Position numbers and translations under genes: made by a program. Positions 39,171 to 54,153 of a DNA stretch of 64,000 nt are shown here, piece after piece. The stretch is taken from contig NC_087437.1 of assembly GCF_036321535.1 (NCBI RefSeq), forward strand, positions 47,370,001-47,434,000. The letters are read 5' to 3'. A model generated the notes under the pieces. The model was not told the DNA's origin and searched no databases. It saw only the letters and a program-made list of their open reading frames with translations. Position 1 is the first letter of the stretch, and each line of letters begins with the position of its first letter. Source of the stretch: Camelus dromedarius. Its lineage: Eukaryota.

Positions 39171-40009
39171 TTAATTTGGGGGAGAATGTTGAAACTGTAT
39201 ATTAGCTATCACCTTCCAACCCACCTAAAAGCACAAAGCTACACTAATTAAGAGCCACAGTTGGTTTTCCAGAGATAAGTCTGGAAACAGTTTCCATAAA
39301 GAGTGATGCTTGGTCATTGCTCCGACACTGTTCAATGAAAATAATGATGAGGATTTAAAAGTACATTGGAAGTTAATTTATTCCTTGATGAGTGTTCACA
39401 TCAGACTCTCACATTACATATGTGAAGGTGGATTTGACTGAGAGAAGACATAAAAAGCCATTCTAATAAAAAGTTCAGATATTTAACTTCTTTTTGCAGA
39501 ACTGAAATTCCCAAGGTGATCAAGGTTTTCAGTTTCTGCACAGATTTGTACATGTGGGCAGATGTTCTGGCATCATTAAGTCACTGGCTGTCAGATAAAG
39601 GAAAAATAAAAGAAATCCTAAACTGTATCTGTCAATACCCTCAAAACTATTTCAGGCAAGGTATTGTGAGATATGTTGTAAGCCTCTCTCACCTGGTTAG
39701 TAGAGATTTTGTCAAAAAGGAATTTAACAAAAGGCAGTCAAAATAAAATGTCAACTCTCCTGTTTAAAAAAAACTGCACAAAGACCAGAATTTAATAATT
39801 AAGATCCGAAGAATGGGCACATGATAGTAAACAAGAGTTGTGAGACTTCAAAATTTTAATGAATTTCTAGAACAATGCCGTTGGGACAGCGCTGTCATGG
39901 AACTATTCTACTGAAAGATACTACTAATAAAATTTGACTTTAGGGCTTGCCCATCCCTTGAACATATTAGATGCTCAATAAAAGTTTGCTGAATGATTGA
40001 ATAAGTGTA

Positions 40010-40385
40010 TGTGTAGTTCAGAAAGAGAATAGCTATGCTGCTATAATAAATACACCCTGAAATCTCAGTGGTTAAAACAACGATTCATTTCTCTCTCAAG
40101 TCATGGTTCAATGTGGTTGAGTGACAATTCTGAAAAGCCCTCATCCAAGTACTGACTCAGGGATCTTGGAGTGTTTGCAGCTCTTCATTTGGGCCTCCAA
40201 GATTGCCACAGAAGAAGAAGAGGGGCTGGGAAATCAAAACAGTATTTTATGGATAGACCCAGAAGTGGTTCATACCATTTATACTCATATTCCTTTGGCT
40301 AGAACTCAGCCACATGTTTTTACCTTGCTGCAAGGAAAGCTGGTGTGCCTTCTATGTGCCCAGGAAGGTAAAAAGAATTTGTAAG
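40010..40385 (-). mobile_element. Old MaLR LTR (MLT1J/K-like)
   Basis: GCTATGCTGCT..AAATCTCAGTGG..CATTTCTCTCTCA..TTGGCTAGAACTCAGCCACATG. Confidence 0.6.
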
Positions 40386-41057
40386 CATGCCATATGTTGA
40401 CATTTTCTATGTTAATTATTTTGATAGTAGTCTTTCTGGAACATATTATATACTACTTTGCTTTCTTAAAGACAATAAACATTACACTTTTTTTGTGCCA
40501 AGTTTATCATTGCAAGCATTACACTGTTTTTTTAAACCTACGGACCTGAAAGTTATAGTCCTTTCCTTTTTCAGTTCTCCCACATTTAGTCATTCATATC
40601 CATACTTGATAATGCCTCGTTCATTCAGCCTTTGCTTTGGTCCCCTCCACCATTAATTACCCAGTCTGAGTGCTCACCCACAGTCTCCTAGATCTCTCTG
40701 ACTCCATTCTGACCTCACCAACAACTAAACCATTCCATATACTGCCACCAAATGAATCTTCCTAGAACATGCTTCAACCACAACTGAACTTTCATTGTAA
40801 TATTATTTCCTCTTATCTTTCCAATTGCTACCTCAGCAATAAAGTCAGGTCCAAACTCCTTAACCTCCACAAGCTAAGGTGGCTTCTCTGATTATCTTCT
40901 TCAATATTCCATTTTAGCCAATGGTCTTGCATTCCCTTTCCCATGACAGTGCTGATTTCATCCTTCCTGTCTCAGATATCCTCAGCACCATCTACAATTA
41001 TCTAATCTCTTGCATATTTCTTAACATTGTTTCACATTCTGTTGTTGTCTCACTTTC

Positions 41058-41460
41058 TGTATTAGTGAGGTAACATATGCTGCTGTGACTGAAAAACACC
41101 CAAATCTCAGTGGTTTAAAACAGCAGAAGTTTGTTTCTTGCTCTCATGAAGTCCAAATTGGGTGTTTCTGATTGTCACCTGGCTCCTCTCCAAGCAGGGA
41201 TTCAAGAACCTAGGCTCCCTCCGTCCAGTGGTTCTGCCATCTTTAACACTTGGCTTTCAGCACTGCTGCTACAGAAAGAGAAAGCGGAGGGTCATGAATA
41301 GGGGAGTCCATGGACTAGGACTGAAACTGGCACACATCACGGCTGTTAATATTCTGTTGGCTAAAATTCATTCCCTTGACCACCTCTAAAACTGCAAGGG
41401 AGGCTTGTGGGCCCAGGAAGAAGAGAAAATGGGTTTGATAAGTAGCCATCAGTATCTGTT
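41058..41460 (-). mobile_element. Old MaLR LTR (MLT1J/K-like)
   Basis: TATGCTGCTGTGAC..CCCAAATCTCAGTGGTTTAAAAC..TTTCTTGCTCTCA..TTGGCTAAAATTCA..ACTGCAAGGGAGGCT. Confidence 0.6.
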
Positions 41461-43466
41461 GAACTTGCTTGTGACTTCTTTCCTGACAAATCCAACGCTT
41501 CCTCCTCTGAACATTTCTGTTACTTTCTGGTACCGTATACACTATGGTAATTGGGTAGGGGTTTTTTTCTCTTTTAATATATTTCCTTTCCACATCAACT
41601 AAACTTTAGGGAAGAATAGCACCCCCAGCTATAAAACAGTGCCCGGCACCCTATCAGAGCTCAATACTGTTGAATGGTGAGAATGACAAGGTACGCTGAG
41701 TCATGTCCCTTCACACAACAGCCCGGCCTGCTGTGAATAGGGAGCTGCTGGCCCACACTTTGGGTTTTTCTTTCTCTTGCCTTATAGTCAAAGTTTAGCT
41801 CCTGCTTTTCATTGCCTCCAACATGCTTGCTTCTTCTAGTCAGCACTCCTTTTTCTTCTTATAACTTGCTGTCTCTAATTGCTATACAATGCTTATTAAA
41901 ATCTTAGCAATGGGAAACTTTCTCCAAATAAACTCATCCGTGAACCCCAATAAAGGGAAAAATATTATAGCAGGTTCAGATTGTGGCAGGTGGGGCATTT
42001 GCTCACTTAGCAGCTGCCTGGCCCCAAGGAGACTCTCAGTAAACATAAGCTCTCCTTCTTCTTCTCTCCTTGCCTCAAATTTACTATTTGATCACTGAAA
42101 AGCACTGCAATGGACAAACTTATCTAAGATTTCTTATTCATGGCACAAACCTACTAATTTTGTCACATTCACCCTTACCCATCCCAGCAAACAAAGAAAA
42201 AAAAAGTGAGAAAGAGGAATAGGAAAGGAAAAGAATTTTGAAAGTTCTGTGAATAATAAAACTTGTAGTTGTCACAGACTTTTCAATAACATCCCTGTTT
42301 TCCCCATGGAAATTCTCCATCCCAGGTAGCTCACAAAGCCTCTTCTGCATTAAATGCCATGTGAAGACAAAGGCATATAACTGCTTCAAAGTCTCATCAT
42401 AAACAAAGATGACTAGACACAAATGTTCATTCAAACAGCCTTCAATATAAGTATAAACACCTCATTCTAAAAGGAACTTAGAATGGCTGAGTCATACATT
42501 TCTAAGCAAAAATGATACTATTTTACTTGTTAAAAGTTATAGGAATCAATTCAATTATTTCTAAGATTAAGGTCAATAGGGTCAGTGAAAAGTTCCGTGT
42601 GACAAAATCAATATGACTGTATATGTTAATGTTTATAGTATTTGTAATTCTGAATTAATTTATGCTCCCCTGGGCCATCATTTTTATTGTCACCTTTGAT
42701 TAAAGTGCCTTGAATTAAATGTTAACTGAATATAGTTTAAAACAAAGTTTCTTTAAGCCACACTGACCTCTAGAGACACAAAGGGATTTCAAAGATGCTC
42801 AAGTAAAACCAAAATCCACCTTCACAAAATCAGTGTGAATATAAAAAAAGGATTTATTTGGGGGCATACAGATGGACTGTCCTCTGAGCTCTTCGCTATA
42901 CTCCATTGACTAAGCATACTGCATTGCATGTTATTAAATTTCACTGCAAAGACAAAAAGAGGCAAAGAGAAAGACTAGACCCAAAAAGAACATGAAAATA
43001 ATTGAAGTTGTTCAAATGTATGTAATAGAAAAAGCAGTGAACTAGTCATCCAGAGATCTGAGTTCTGGTTCTGTTTCTTCTGCATACCTGTATGACCTTG
43101 GGCAAACCACTTTCCTCCTGAAGTGAAGCCTGTCAAAGCCAGTGCCTCACCTATTCACAGGGAGATGCCAGTCAGGATCCCCACTCCAGGGTATGACCCT
43201 CATATCACAGCAGAGAAACCTGCTCTAGCCCCATGGTCCTTAGTCACTGATGGAAAGAGAAATTGAAATTTCCGGATATTATTTACAGAAGCAAAGATAG
43301 CCAATAAAGGAACTGTTAGAGCAGAATTTCTTATTTAGTATGTCTGAGGTGTGTCTCAAGAATGTGCATTTCAAATAAGTTCCCAGGTGATGCTAATACT
43401 GCTGCTGGTCCAGGGACAACACTTTGAGAGCCACTGGCCTATAGGGACAAAAATAGTACTTGAGAG

Positions 43467-44265
43467 TAAATGGGCTTCCCCACACCAACAAGCAGTTCTC
43501 AGACACCAGCAGTGTCTGCGAATTCAACTCAATTCTGACACTCTCTACCCCAGAGATAGACTCAGACTCCACAGACAAAGGGCTCAGCCCCTTAAGACAC
43601 CCTCGACTTCAGCCAGTGACAAGTGCATGTTGTTAACTGTACTTCTGAGTGACTTGCTATCAGTCAGAGGTTCCCACAACCTCAGGTTCAATTAATTTGC
43701 TAGAATGGCTCACAGAACTCAGGAAACCTGTTTAATCACTATATTACTGTTTTATTATAATAGGATATTAAAGGATATGAATCAACAGCCAGATGAAGAG
43801 ACAGATAAGGCAAGGTTCAAACAAAGGAGCTTCAGTCCTCGTGGAGCTTGGGGCCTGACATGCAGAAGCACTTTGATTCCCTGACGAAGAAGCTCTCCAA
43901 AGAAGGGACCAAAAAGCTGTCCTTTTCTTTTTTTTTAACAGAGGCTTCATTACATAGTTATGATTGACTAAATCACTGGGCAATGGTGATTGATTCAACC
44001 TCCAGCCCCTCTCCCCTCCCTGTAAATCAGGGGGTGGGACTGAAAGTCCCAACCCTCTAATCACCTGGTTGGTTCTTCCTGCAGTGAATCTCCATCCTTT
44101 GGAGCTTCTAAGAGTCGTTTCATTTACATAACAAAAGACACCTTTGTCCCTCTCAACACTTTGGAAATTCCAAGGATTTTGGGAGCTGTGAGCCAGGAAA
44201 TGTGGACAAAGACCAAATATATATCTGAACGACCAAATATATATTTCTTACAAATCAATATTGCA
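43467..44265 (-). mobile_element. MER21-type (ERVL) solo LTR
   Basis: Minus strand begins TGCAATATTGATTTGTAAGAAATATATATTTGGTC. 5-bp TSD GAGAG at 43462-43466 and 44266-44270. Homologous to 57811-58664 in reverse. Confidence 0.85.
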
Positions 44266-47200
44266 GAGAGTACCTAAGAAATCGGATCAACAATCCTTGG
44301 TGACTGCTTGGATGAAGATTTTGAAGAGAAGGGAGGAGTCATGGTTCTTCTCAACTTTCTACCTTAGGCAACTAGGAGATTGTGGGGTCAGTCATCAAGG
44401 TAGGGGGGGAATACTAAGGAAGAACATATTTGATGGGGGCATAAAGTAGTGAATAAAAAGAGATCCTTTAGAGCATGTATCAGACTTGACATTCACACTG
44501 GACATCCTAATGAATTGTACAACAGGCAATTCATAAATAGTTCTGAACATGAAAAGGAAGATATGGGTTAGAAATACAGATGAGAGAAGCAATAGCACAT
44601 AGATGATAATTAATGCCATGAGACCGACTATTGTTTCCCAGGGTCATTGAGTACTGTGAGAAGAGAAGAGGATAAAATCTTGAGGAACATAAAATTTAAG
44701 AAGAAAGGGAACTGGCACCACTTAAGCCAGCTGAGACTAAGAGGTAGAAGTTATGCCATTGCTACATTTCAAAAGATTGAAATAATGAAATGTCCATCTA
44801 TATGGGACTGATTAAATAAATCATGACACTCTATAGTAGAATTATTTGCAGCTGTTAGAAAAAGGAATGAGTAAGTACTATAACTACTGATAGAAAAGAT
44901 GTCCATTTTGTGTAATGTGCTATCATTTAGATGAAAATGTGGGTGGAGTACATATATATATTTGCTGGTATATGCACAGAATATCTCTGGAAAGATGCAC
45001 AAGAAATGTGTAAACTTAGAGGGAACATAGTAGGGAACCTGGTAATACAGAGACAGAAAATCCAAGGCAGAATTTCAATCCAAAGGCCCAAATGTCCTAT
45101 GAACCACCAGTAATAGGCCTATTAAGATGGAAGCATCAGAGCCTGATGCTATTAAATATTTAGACTATAAAAATAATTCTCCTTATTCTGATTTCATGAT
45201 CATCCAACAAGATTCTGAAATTTTTCCCATAGAAAGAGAATTCATTCCATAAACTGTCAAAATCGACTTGACAATCATATATTTTTATGACAAATTAAGT
45301 GTTGGCATTCTACTTTAAAAATCCTTCTCTTGCAATTCTGTGAGCTGAAGGCAGTCAATATCTAGGGGTGCCATCAGTTCTGGGAGGTCACATAGAGATT
45401 CTGAGTCTACAGAGCTACCGGCCGAACCCCAGACTTGGGTAAATTAACAGAGATATATTCTGCTTTGTTAGATTTCTTGACACGCACTCAGCTGGTCTCT
45501 CCTGGCCATGCTCCAACAGCACTATGTAAAATTCAAGTTTTTAGAGGGAACAAAATTATTTATAATACTCTTCATCTTACCTTCATGGCACACACTTCAC
45601 AGACTGATACTAAATCTGCCCATGAATCCCACAGGACTGTGGCCGCCAACCTCTCCCAGTAGCATCCACTCCCCTCCCCAAGTTCACCAGTATCATTCCA
45701 CCAAAATATTTCTTCCTACCATAAACAAAAATTATATCATATAAGGAGATGTGCACTTGCCAGGATCCACTACCAAACCATAGACTTTCTGAGGAAAGGA
45801 TGTTTCATTCATTTTTGTATTCCTAAAAGACAGCACAATGCCTTGTATATCACAGGCATTCAACACAATCATGTCGAATTGGATTGGATTCCCTGCTAAT
45901 ATATTACCTGCCCAGATAAGGTAATTACTTAAACTACTTAAATCGAGGGGCCTTACAAAATTCTCTTTCAGGTATGACCTCTTGAAAGGGAGATATTTTT
46001 GCCCAGGTGCCTTTTGACATCCTTCAAATGTAATCATAAGTGAAGCCACTTACTCAACCTACTTATGAAATCTGCTTGGATAATATACTGTTACCTAGCA
46101 AGGTCAGAAAATGGATTTTCTATTCTAGTTAATAGAGAATCTCAACATACGTGAAATATAGATTGATATTTTCCAAATTAGAATTTGATTTTTAAAATAT
46201 GTTACACTAAAATAATACCAAACAGGATGTAAATTTTCTCTGAAACTGTAAAAATATGTTTGCAAACACTGTGTAGGGAAACGAGGCATGGAGAGAGCAG
46301 AAACAGGTGGCTCAGCGAATCAGGCTCAGCCCCTCCACAACTGCAATCCACATAAGTCCCAAACAGTTCTACTTTTCCTATTTAATATGGTGGTTTTATA
46401 TATGATTTCATTTTTTAAATTTTTCCACTAATTTTTTTTAGTTTGAAACCCATTTGTTTAATAAAACAAACATAATAATCTCACAATGACTCAGATCATT
46501 ATTATTATCATACATTTTTCTGCACAGTATCTGCACAAAAGCACCAGGTAATGGAGCAATGGAATAACTAGCATATTAGATAACAGAATATTTGTTGAAA
46601 ATGCATTGCATACAATGTGATTCTTTAATGGCAGCTAAAAATGCCACTTCCTTTTACCTCCTTTCAGAGTGGTTACTATTTATCCTGGGTAACATCTATT
46701 ACTCTCCTGTCTTCTAACTAGCATCAATGTATAAATAATGTTCACAGTACTCTGTAGAACACAGAACCTGGAAAGTTCCCAGCCACAGTCTAAAACGGTA
46801 ATCCCCCAGCAGAAAATCTCAGAGCCATGTGCCTGCAGTTAAGTATTCAAAGCCACTTGTCTTGTGCCAAAAAATATCCCCAATATGGAAACTCCAGATA
46901 TCTAAGTATTAAAGAATATACTTTTTAAAAAATTTTATCTTTTTAAAAAATTTTATCATATTCAAATAGATCTTCTAACTCCAGAGAACTAACTGCAAAC
47001 CTTAAGATGTAAAGGACTGCTTTTTCATGGATGAAAAGAAGTCCAATCTCTTCTCACTGGAGAGGAAGAAAATCTCAGCACACTAAAGCAGAAAATGAAA
47101 GAGGAACCATCACTTGGGAAGAGATGATAGTGGAATGCGGAAAGAGGCAGAGATCTAAGAAATCAGATCAGCTGTATCTTAATGACCAAGATTCCAAAGT

Positions 47201-50200
47201 TAATCTAGACACATATTTCTGAACTTATCTTCAATAGGATTTTATCTCTGCTCCTCTTTATTTTAACTCAACTGGAGCAATATTGTTAGAACATAACAGT
47301 CTGATATGATAAACTACATTTTAACTTTATCATTATACACTGTTGGAGAAGATTTGCTTTTCTGCTTTAGTCACATTCAAATAAGTGCCCATACAATTTA
47401 ATACACTGTAAATATTTCAGATCAAAACCTTACCCAAATAATCCTTACACAACCGGGAAGAGAGAACCGTCCCTGAGCCATGCTGTGCATATTTCAGATA
47501 CCTTGATAGAATCTTAATGGCCTGTTAATTAGAGCACAGGTTAAACGGCCCCACCACCTGCTCTACATCAATATTAATATTCTGATAAACTGTTTAAAGA
47601 GAGAGAAATGTCACCACCATCCTACACCAACTCGAGCTTTCAGAATGAAAGACTGAGGCCAGTTTTCATCTATTTCCATACTATATTCACAGTCACAGAT
47701 TTGAGCAACTTGAATCTAAACATAAGCATTAATCACTGGCTCCCAGCATTAAAATATTAAGTCTTGCTTTTTTTAAATCAAATCTTTGAATATTTTTTTT
47801 CAGATTCCTCAGTATACATGTCATAGCAAAAATTCCACTGTGCTGGAATTGACTGACTGTCAACATTTAATGATGAAGTGCCCACTACGCACAAGGCTCT
47901 GGGTCTCAACAGTGATCAAGAGAAACACCATCTCAGCCATCATATTGCTTATGATGTAAGTCCTGGGTTCTAGTCTCAAATCTACCACTGAATTTGAAGG
48001 TCGTGACATGATCTTGGACAAGTCATTTAATCTGTCAGCCTCTTTTTTCTCACCTATAAAATATAGAAGTTAACCAGGTCTTTTCGAGCACTAAATTACT
48101 ATGAATATTCATGCTTCTGCCACTGCTGGGTTCTGCATCACAGGAAGCAGATTGAAATTTTCATTATCCAAACACCAACTTGACAGTGTAAAGTTTACTG
48201 ACCTGTGCCTTACCATGAACATACAGGTAAACTATCTCTGGTTTCAATCTTCAAACTTTCACCTGAGATAAGATTTTTGGGTCTTTGAATGCTATTGGGA
48301 AAGACATCATACTTAACACACACAATATTAACAACATTTAAGAACTTCCTTTTATAAGCTGAGAAGCTATAATAGAGGAAACTAATAATTTATAATTCTG
48401 AAAGACTAATTCGTGTCTTCAGCTATGAACATGAGCACACATTGTCCCTTCATCCACAAATGATTCCATCTGGATATCTGTGCTGCTACTAATTTATCAA
48501 AAGGTCAAATGGATTTAAACTTCAAAAAAAGGGTGTAGATTTACTCCCTGCACACCTCCTTGATAGTTTAATTAGTATTTATACTTACTCAGCGTAATGT
48601 ATTTAGTGGGACTGAGAATTCAGAATTAGGAGCTATGATCTAAAATCTAAAGTTTCTGAATCTGATTAAAAGTCATAGAATTCCAAATCTAAAGGAAATT
48701 CAAGTCTAACTCCCTCACTTTAAAGGTTATATACATATACATACACACATATACATAAAAATGTAACCCAGGGAATTAACTGATTGTCCTAATATCCTAC
48801 AGCTGGCAAGTGACAATGAGGACCTGAGGAGCCCAGACATTTCTAGCTCTTTCCACTGAAGGAAATGAATCCTTCACTATATTCAGGTGACAAGATTATC
48901 TCCAAAATTCTTTCTAGTCTATATTTCAAGGCTCCTTGGAGATGGTTGAAATCTTCCATTTTCTGAGTGGAACTGGGAGGTGCACTCTATCAATCTGAGT
49001 TCTTAGCTGCAAGTAACAAAAGGCTTTAGCTGATTTAGAAGGAAAAAAATATTTAAGATTTCTGAATAGTTTCCAGAATCACCAGAAAAGGTGGAGAAAC
49101 AGGATAGGAAAACACACAGAAATAAAGGAAGTTTGGCAGCAGCCAGGACCAAAACAAAAATTAAGTCATAGACCAGACTGGTGGAGTCACCAACACAGCA
49201 GCCACTGCACCCAGCACCCTGCGTGTTTCTGCCCCTGCTGCCTTGCCCCTAGACTGGATTCTGTCCTGGCCTTGGTTGTCTGCTTCAAGAGCCAAAGAAT
49301 GTTAAGGTGAAGCCCTACACCTAATCCCTAGCTACATGAAAGGTTGAAGAACATGCATCTGACCTTTTCAGCTTCTACCATGGAAGGCAAGCTTTGCCAC
49401 AGGACTTCCCCAAATATAGGAAGGAGTCTAGATCCAGGGAAGCTAGCCAGCTGGCCAGCTGGCCAGCTAGACAGACAGATAGACAAATAAACCCTTGTTC
49501 ACAACAAGTAATATCTTTGAGAAACTTAAAGAAATGCATCCATGCCTACATAAATTAAACCCCTCTAAAAGTGACTGAAAATGATCCCTATACAGTATTC
49601 CAACCAATCTCAAGAATTTAATAATAGTGTAGAAGCCAGTTTTAGCATGATACATACAATGTATCTAGAAGGATCCACACTATAATGTTTATGCTATTAG
49701 CTTTGGGTGGTGGAAAATGAGTAATTTTGAAAATTTTACACTTAGCTAGAGTTTCTAAATTTTTCTGCCACTTATATGTGTTACGTGTGTAATAATTTTT
49801 TACCAAAACAATAATGAAGGGAAGAGCTTTCTAATTCAACTGGGAATTTTACATGATTCCAGACACTTTAACAATACATGATGTTTTCTAAGAAAGTAAA
49901 TATAGCTTTTTATGACATTCACACACACAAAACCCTTTTAAATGCTAATTTTATTTTTGCAGTTATTTTAGAAACTTAAAGATTCACATTTTCCCACAAA
50001 TAATTTCCTCAAAGAGTAGAATCTTTCCAATTATTTTTAAAAGGAGGGGGTTCTGATTAAGAGGGGGTTTAGCTTGTCAAAATACACTGTATTTTCCTCT
50101 TTACCAATTTATACGTCTCCCTTCCTGAAAGCTTTATTGCCCTCAATTGCTGTTGTCGGTAGCTTTCTACTGCTTTTGCTCTTGGAGGGTTAATTTGTAA

Positions 50201-52229
50201 CATTTGGATGTCTTAGCACTCTTTCCTTCTTTTTCCCAAATACCCAAGCCCTCCACCCCTTAATTTTGCTAGTTGATTCTGTGCCCAGGCACTATTTACA
50301 GCTGGAAAGAATCCCAGATTCAGACAGCTGGTCTGGTCCTGTGATCTATAATTGCGTTCAGTTTTATCACGTATGACCCTAGACCACAAATACATTAAGG
50401 GCATCTATGCAAACTAAGTTTAATAAACATGAAGCACGTGTGCACATAGGTCCTATACTGTCAAGTCTGCATTCCACACTTTAAGGAAGAGAGGACTTAC
50501 AGTACAGCTAAGAGTATCTTTGGCATCTATTCATGCAGGGATAAAGCCTCCCCTCCAGGCAGGTAGGCTTCTAGCACCCTGTGAGCAGACTGCTGTGGCT
50601 ATCTCATTCCTTTTAATTCCCTGGTAAACTTCTCACCAGCCTGCTGGTGTCTTGTTTATTCCAACTAGGAGCACAGCAGTCAGACTAGCAGCATCATTAG
50701 CCTTCCCTGTTTATTTGCTGTTTCTGACAAATAATTGAGGGCATCAGGTTTCCCACTCCCTTCTCCAAACTGAGTCAGCTGCCTCCAGTAGCTAGGTGCC
50801 TTTTTTTCATGGCTTGCCCCACCCTGACCAAACTATCACATGATGGAACTGAGGGAGGTGGGATGGAAGCAGCCTAGGTCAATACAGCACAGATTCATTG
50901 CTTGCACCCAAAGTTCAGCAGCTCTTGTAAACTAAACACATCAATTGGTTGCATACCCTTAGTCAATTTTCAGATTTCTGTAATGGTTGTTTTTGGCAGT
51001 GTTATCCAGTTTTATCACTGTTTTATGGGAAGAGGATTTGCTATGCTCTTCACTCTACCACTCCCAATCTCTAGATATTAACTGAAAAAAAGAAAAGAAA
51101 AGAAAAGAAAAGAAAAGAGCCATTACCACATTGCAACCGTACTCTCATTAGTGAAAAGAGAGGCAGAGAAGCTTCTAGATTCTAGACTCTGCATAGGTGG
51201 GATGGGACTGGATGGAGTGGGAATTAACAACAATTTTGTTTCTTGTTCCCTTCAAGCGTATTTATTGTCTACATTTCTCAATATCTCAGTAGCAAAAGAG
51301 TATTATTGCCTAAGCCTATATTTTACAGAATAAAATGATCCATCCATCAAGATGCAAATTGCCATAGCAATTGCATACAGTAAAAAAAAAAATCTATTAT
51401 CGTTGTCCAGGGACCATATCAATTCACTTTAAATATTTATGAAGTTTTTTTTTACTTTATAAATCTATAAACCTGTTATAAGTTTCCATAGCTCTTCTTT
51501 CTCTGACTAGGAGGCTGAATCATTGAAAATAACTCCTACTTATAATATAGTCCAGCTAAAGGTGATAAATGTAATAGTTTATTATTGACTTTTGGGCTGT
51601 TAAGGTACAAAGTTACTCAATTTTTCCACGTTTTCTTTTACCTGCACATGCCCATAAACACAACGCCAAGATATTCTTTATTTCAGAGGCTACATACAAA
51701 CTGGTAACCTCTGGCTGAAAAATAGGTTTTATTTAGCTCTTATTATACCTTTTAAAATATTGAGCTAATAATTAAAATTCACATATGTCAGATAAAATTA
51801 TGAGTACCTGCTTCTTTTTGAAAAAAAAAAAAAAAGACCTGGTGATACCACACCTAATAATGTCTGCCCTTTTTATAAAAACAAGCAATCTCCAATATGT
51901 TACAATCCTCACCTGTCCCTATAGTTTTCCTAACACTGAGAACCAAAGTCAGCTACCATCAATCATTTCACTTGCATTATTTTTCTTTTTTATGATAGAG
52001 AATGTTTTTTAAATGCCTTAATTAAAAATGGGAAGAAAAATAGAAACTAAGAGGACTATTTGATTATCCTTCACCCAGCTCTCTTCACTTAATGCTCCCT
52101 GTCTTTCTGTTCCTAGATTAAAACCAAACAGTCACTTAAAATAAAAATAATTCAAGATTGTAGGATTCTTGCTTATCAAGTTGGCCGATGCCAGAAGGTA
52201 ATCCAGAAGCTGTTCAAAAATCAACTGAT

Positions 52230-52460
52230 TGCATAGTGTAGTGGTTACATGCCCAAAATCTAGAGCCAGATTACTTGGGTTCAGATCACTATGGATTTTG
52301 TGATCTTAGGCAAATTAATGTCTCTGAGATTCAGTTGTCCTGCCTATAAAATGGAAATAATGATAGCATTCATCTTGTAACTTGAAGATGAAATTAAGTG
52401 CTCAGAACTGTGCCTAGTAAGTAGTAAATGCTATAAACATGTCTGCTATTGTTATTACAG
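52230..52460 (+). mobile_element. MIR
   Basis: TAGTGTAGTGGTTA..CTAGAGCCAGA..TGGGTTCA..TGTGATCTTAGGCAAATT..TATAAAATGG..ATAATGATAG. Confidence 0.8.
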
Positions 52461-54153
52461 AAAAGCAACTGCCACTATAAACACTTTGACATTGTCCAGT
52501 GTCAATGGAATTGAAAATCATGCTTTGTAAAAATACTTTATCTCCAGGATATATATAAATGCTTTTATAAAATTATGTCTATGCAATAAAAATTAAATAG
52601 AGAACAAAGCAATTATCTAATAAATTTAACTAATGCAGACACTTAATTTGCCCAGATAAATCAGGTCCTAATTTTTTTAACCTTTCAAAGCAACTAATAG
52701 AGATTGGGTCCTGAAATGTCTAAATATTTGCATCAACTCTCTGAATTACTCACTTTGCATACATATTCCTAATTTTTTAAGTAACTTGTTTAAAAATAAT
52801 AACAACTATGTCTTCAACAAATATTCCCCTTATGGTTCTATAAACATTGATATCCCATCTAAATACCAGTCCCTTGAGCTCCCTACTCTGCTTCTGACTT
52901 TTTCCTTTCCAAAATGAAGTGTCTACAACTAAATTTCCTTTCCATTGTCCCCCACACTTCTGCTTAGATGGTTAGGGCGTTACGGCAAGGTTGGGGTGTG
53001 ATGTGAGGCAATAAAAGGAAAGAAAATAAAACATCTACCTAATGCAAAAGAATGCACAAAGCATCACTTATAGTTTTACAAAGAAAATGCCGTAGACAGC
53101 TGTTAGATTCCAACATATGTCTTCCATAAATGCAGTAAGGAGAAGATACATGGGTATGAATACCATTGAATAGCACACAATGAGTCTTAATTGTCTGTCT
53201 TGGAAGTAACCTACAGGCTGAAACATTGCCCAGCAAGACAAGGAGATCCTTGCACTTCAGCCTTAGCTAGAACATGAAATCTGTAGTCCCAGAAAGGACC
53301 CTTCCTAGGCCAGTCTGGTTCCCAAAGGCTCTACTTTCAACTCTAGGGTAATTTATGATATCTACTCAAGACTCCCAGGGCAAAGCAAGATATTATGTTG
53401 ATGGATTTGGTCAATCAAGTCAAAATAGCTACCTTAAAATATAAAAGTTTTTTTTTTAATTACCAAATAATATGTGCTACACACATTCCTCACCTTTACC
53501 CCAATCCTGGGACTCAGGGATAGTGGGTCAGCTTCAAGAATATGTCCCATATGACAAGGAATTTTTTTTTTCTTGAAAGTTTAATTGTTCTTAGAAAATT
53601 ATCAACTTGGATGTTCTAGATGTTCCCAGAGAAATAGAGAGGATGCTACAAAGGGCCAGTCTCAAATTTTAAATGGGGCCACTGAAGAAGACATTAATAG
53701 AACAATGAACACCAGGTTCTGACTTACAATAAGTATTATAACAAGTCCAGAGGTCAAATCTGGAGCTAACTTTTCCTACCCTGTCTTGTCCAACAGCTCC
53801 TTCCTGCTTCCAAACTCACTTTGCCCTCACTAAATTCATTCTTTCATAAAACTGAACTGAGCACTGCCAGGTTAAACAATTTAGATCAACTGGAAAAAAG
53901 ACAAAATATATTTTTCTACAAAGAGTTCACGTAGAAAATCAACCTACCCAAAACATTAAAAAACACAGACAAACAACATATATGCACGAGCAGAGGGATA
54001 TAAGGGTCCCATGTGTTTTGGACCAGTGCAAGCTTTGGACCAAGCAAGACTGAGAAAAAAGAACAATAGACTGAAAGCTCGAAGACTGGGCTGTAATCCT
54101 GAACTCTGACACAACACGTTACTACCTGTGTAACACTTCACAGAACCCTGCAC

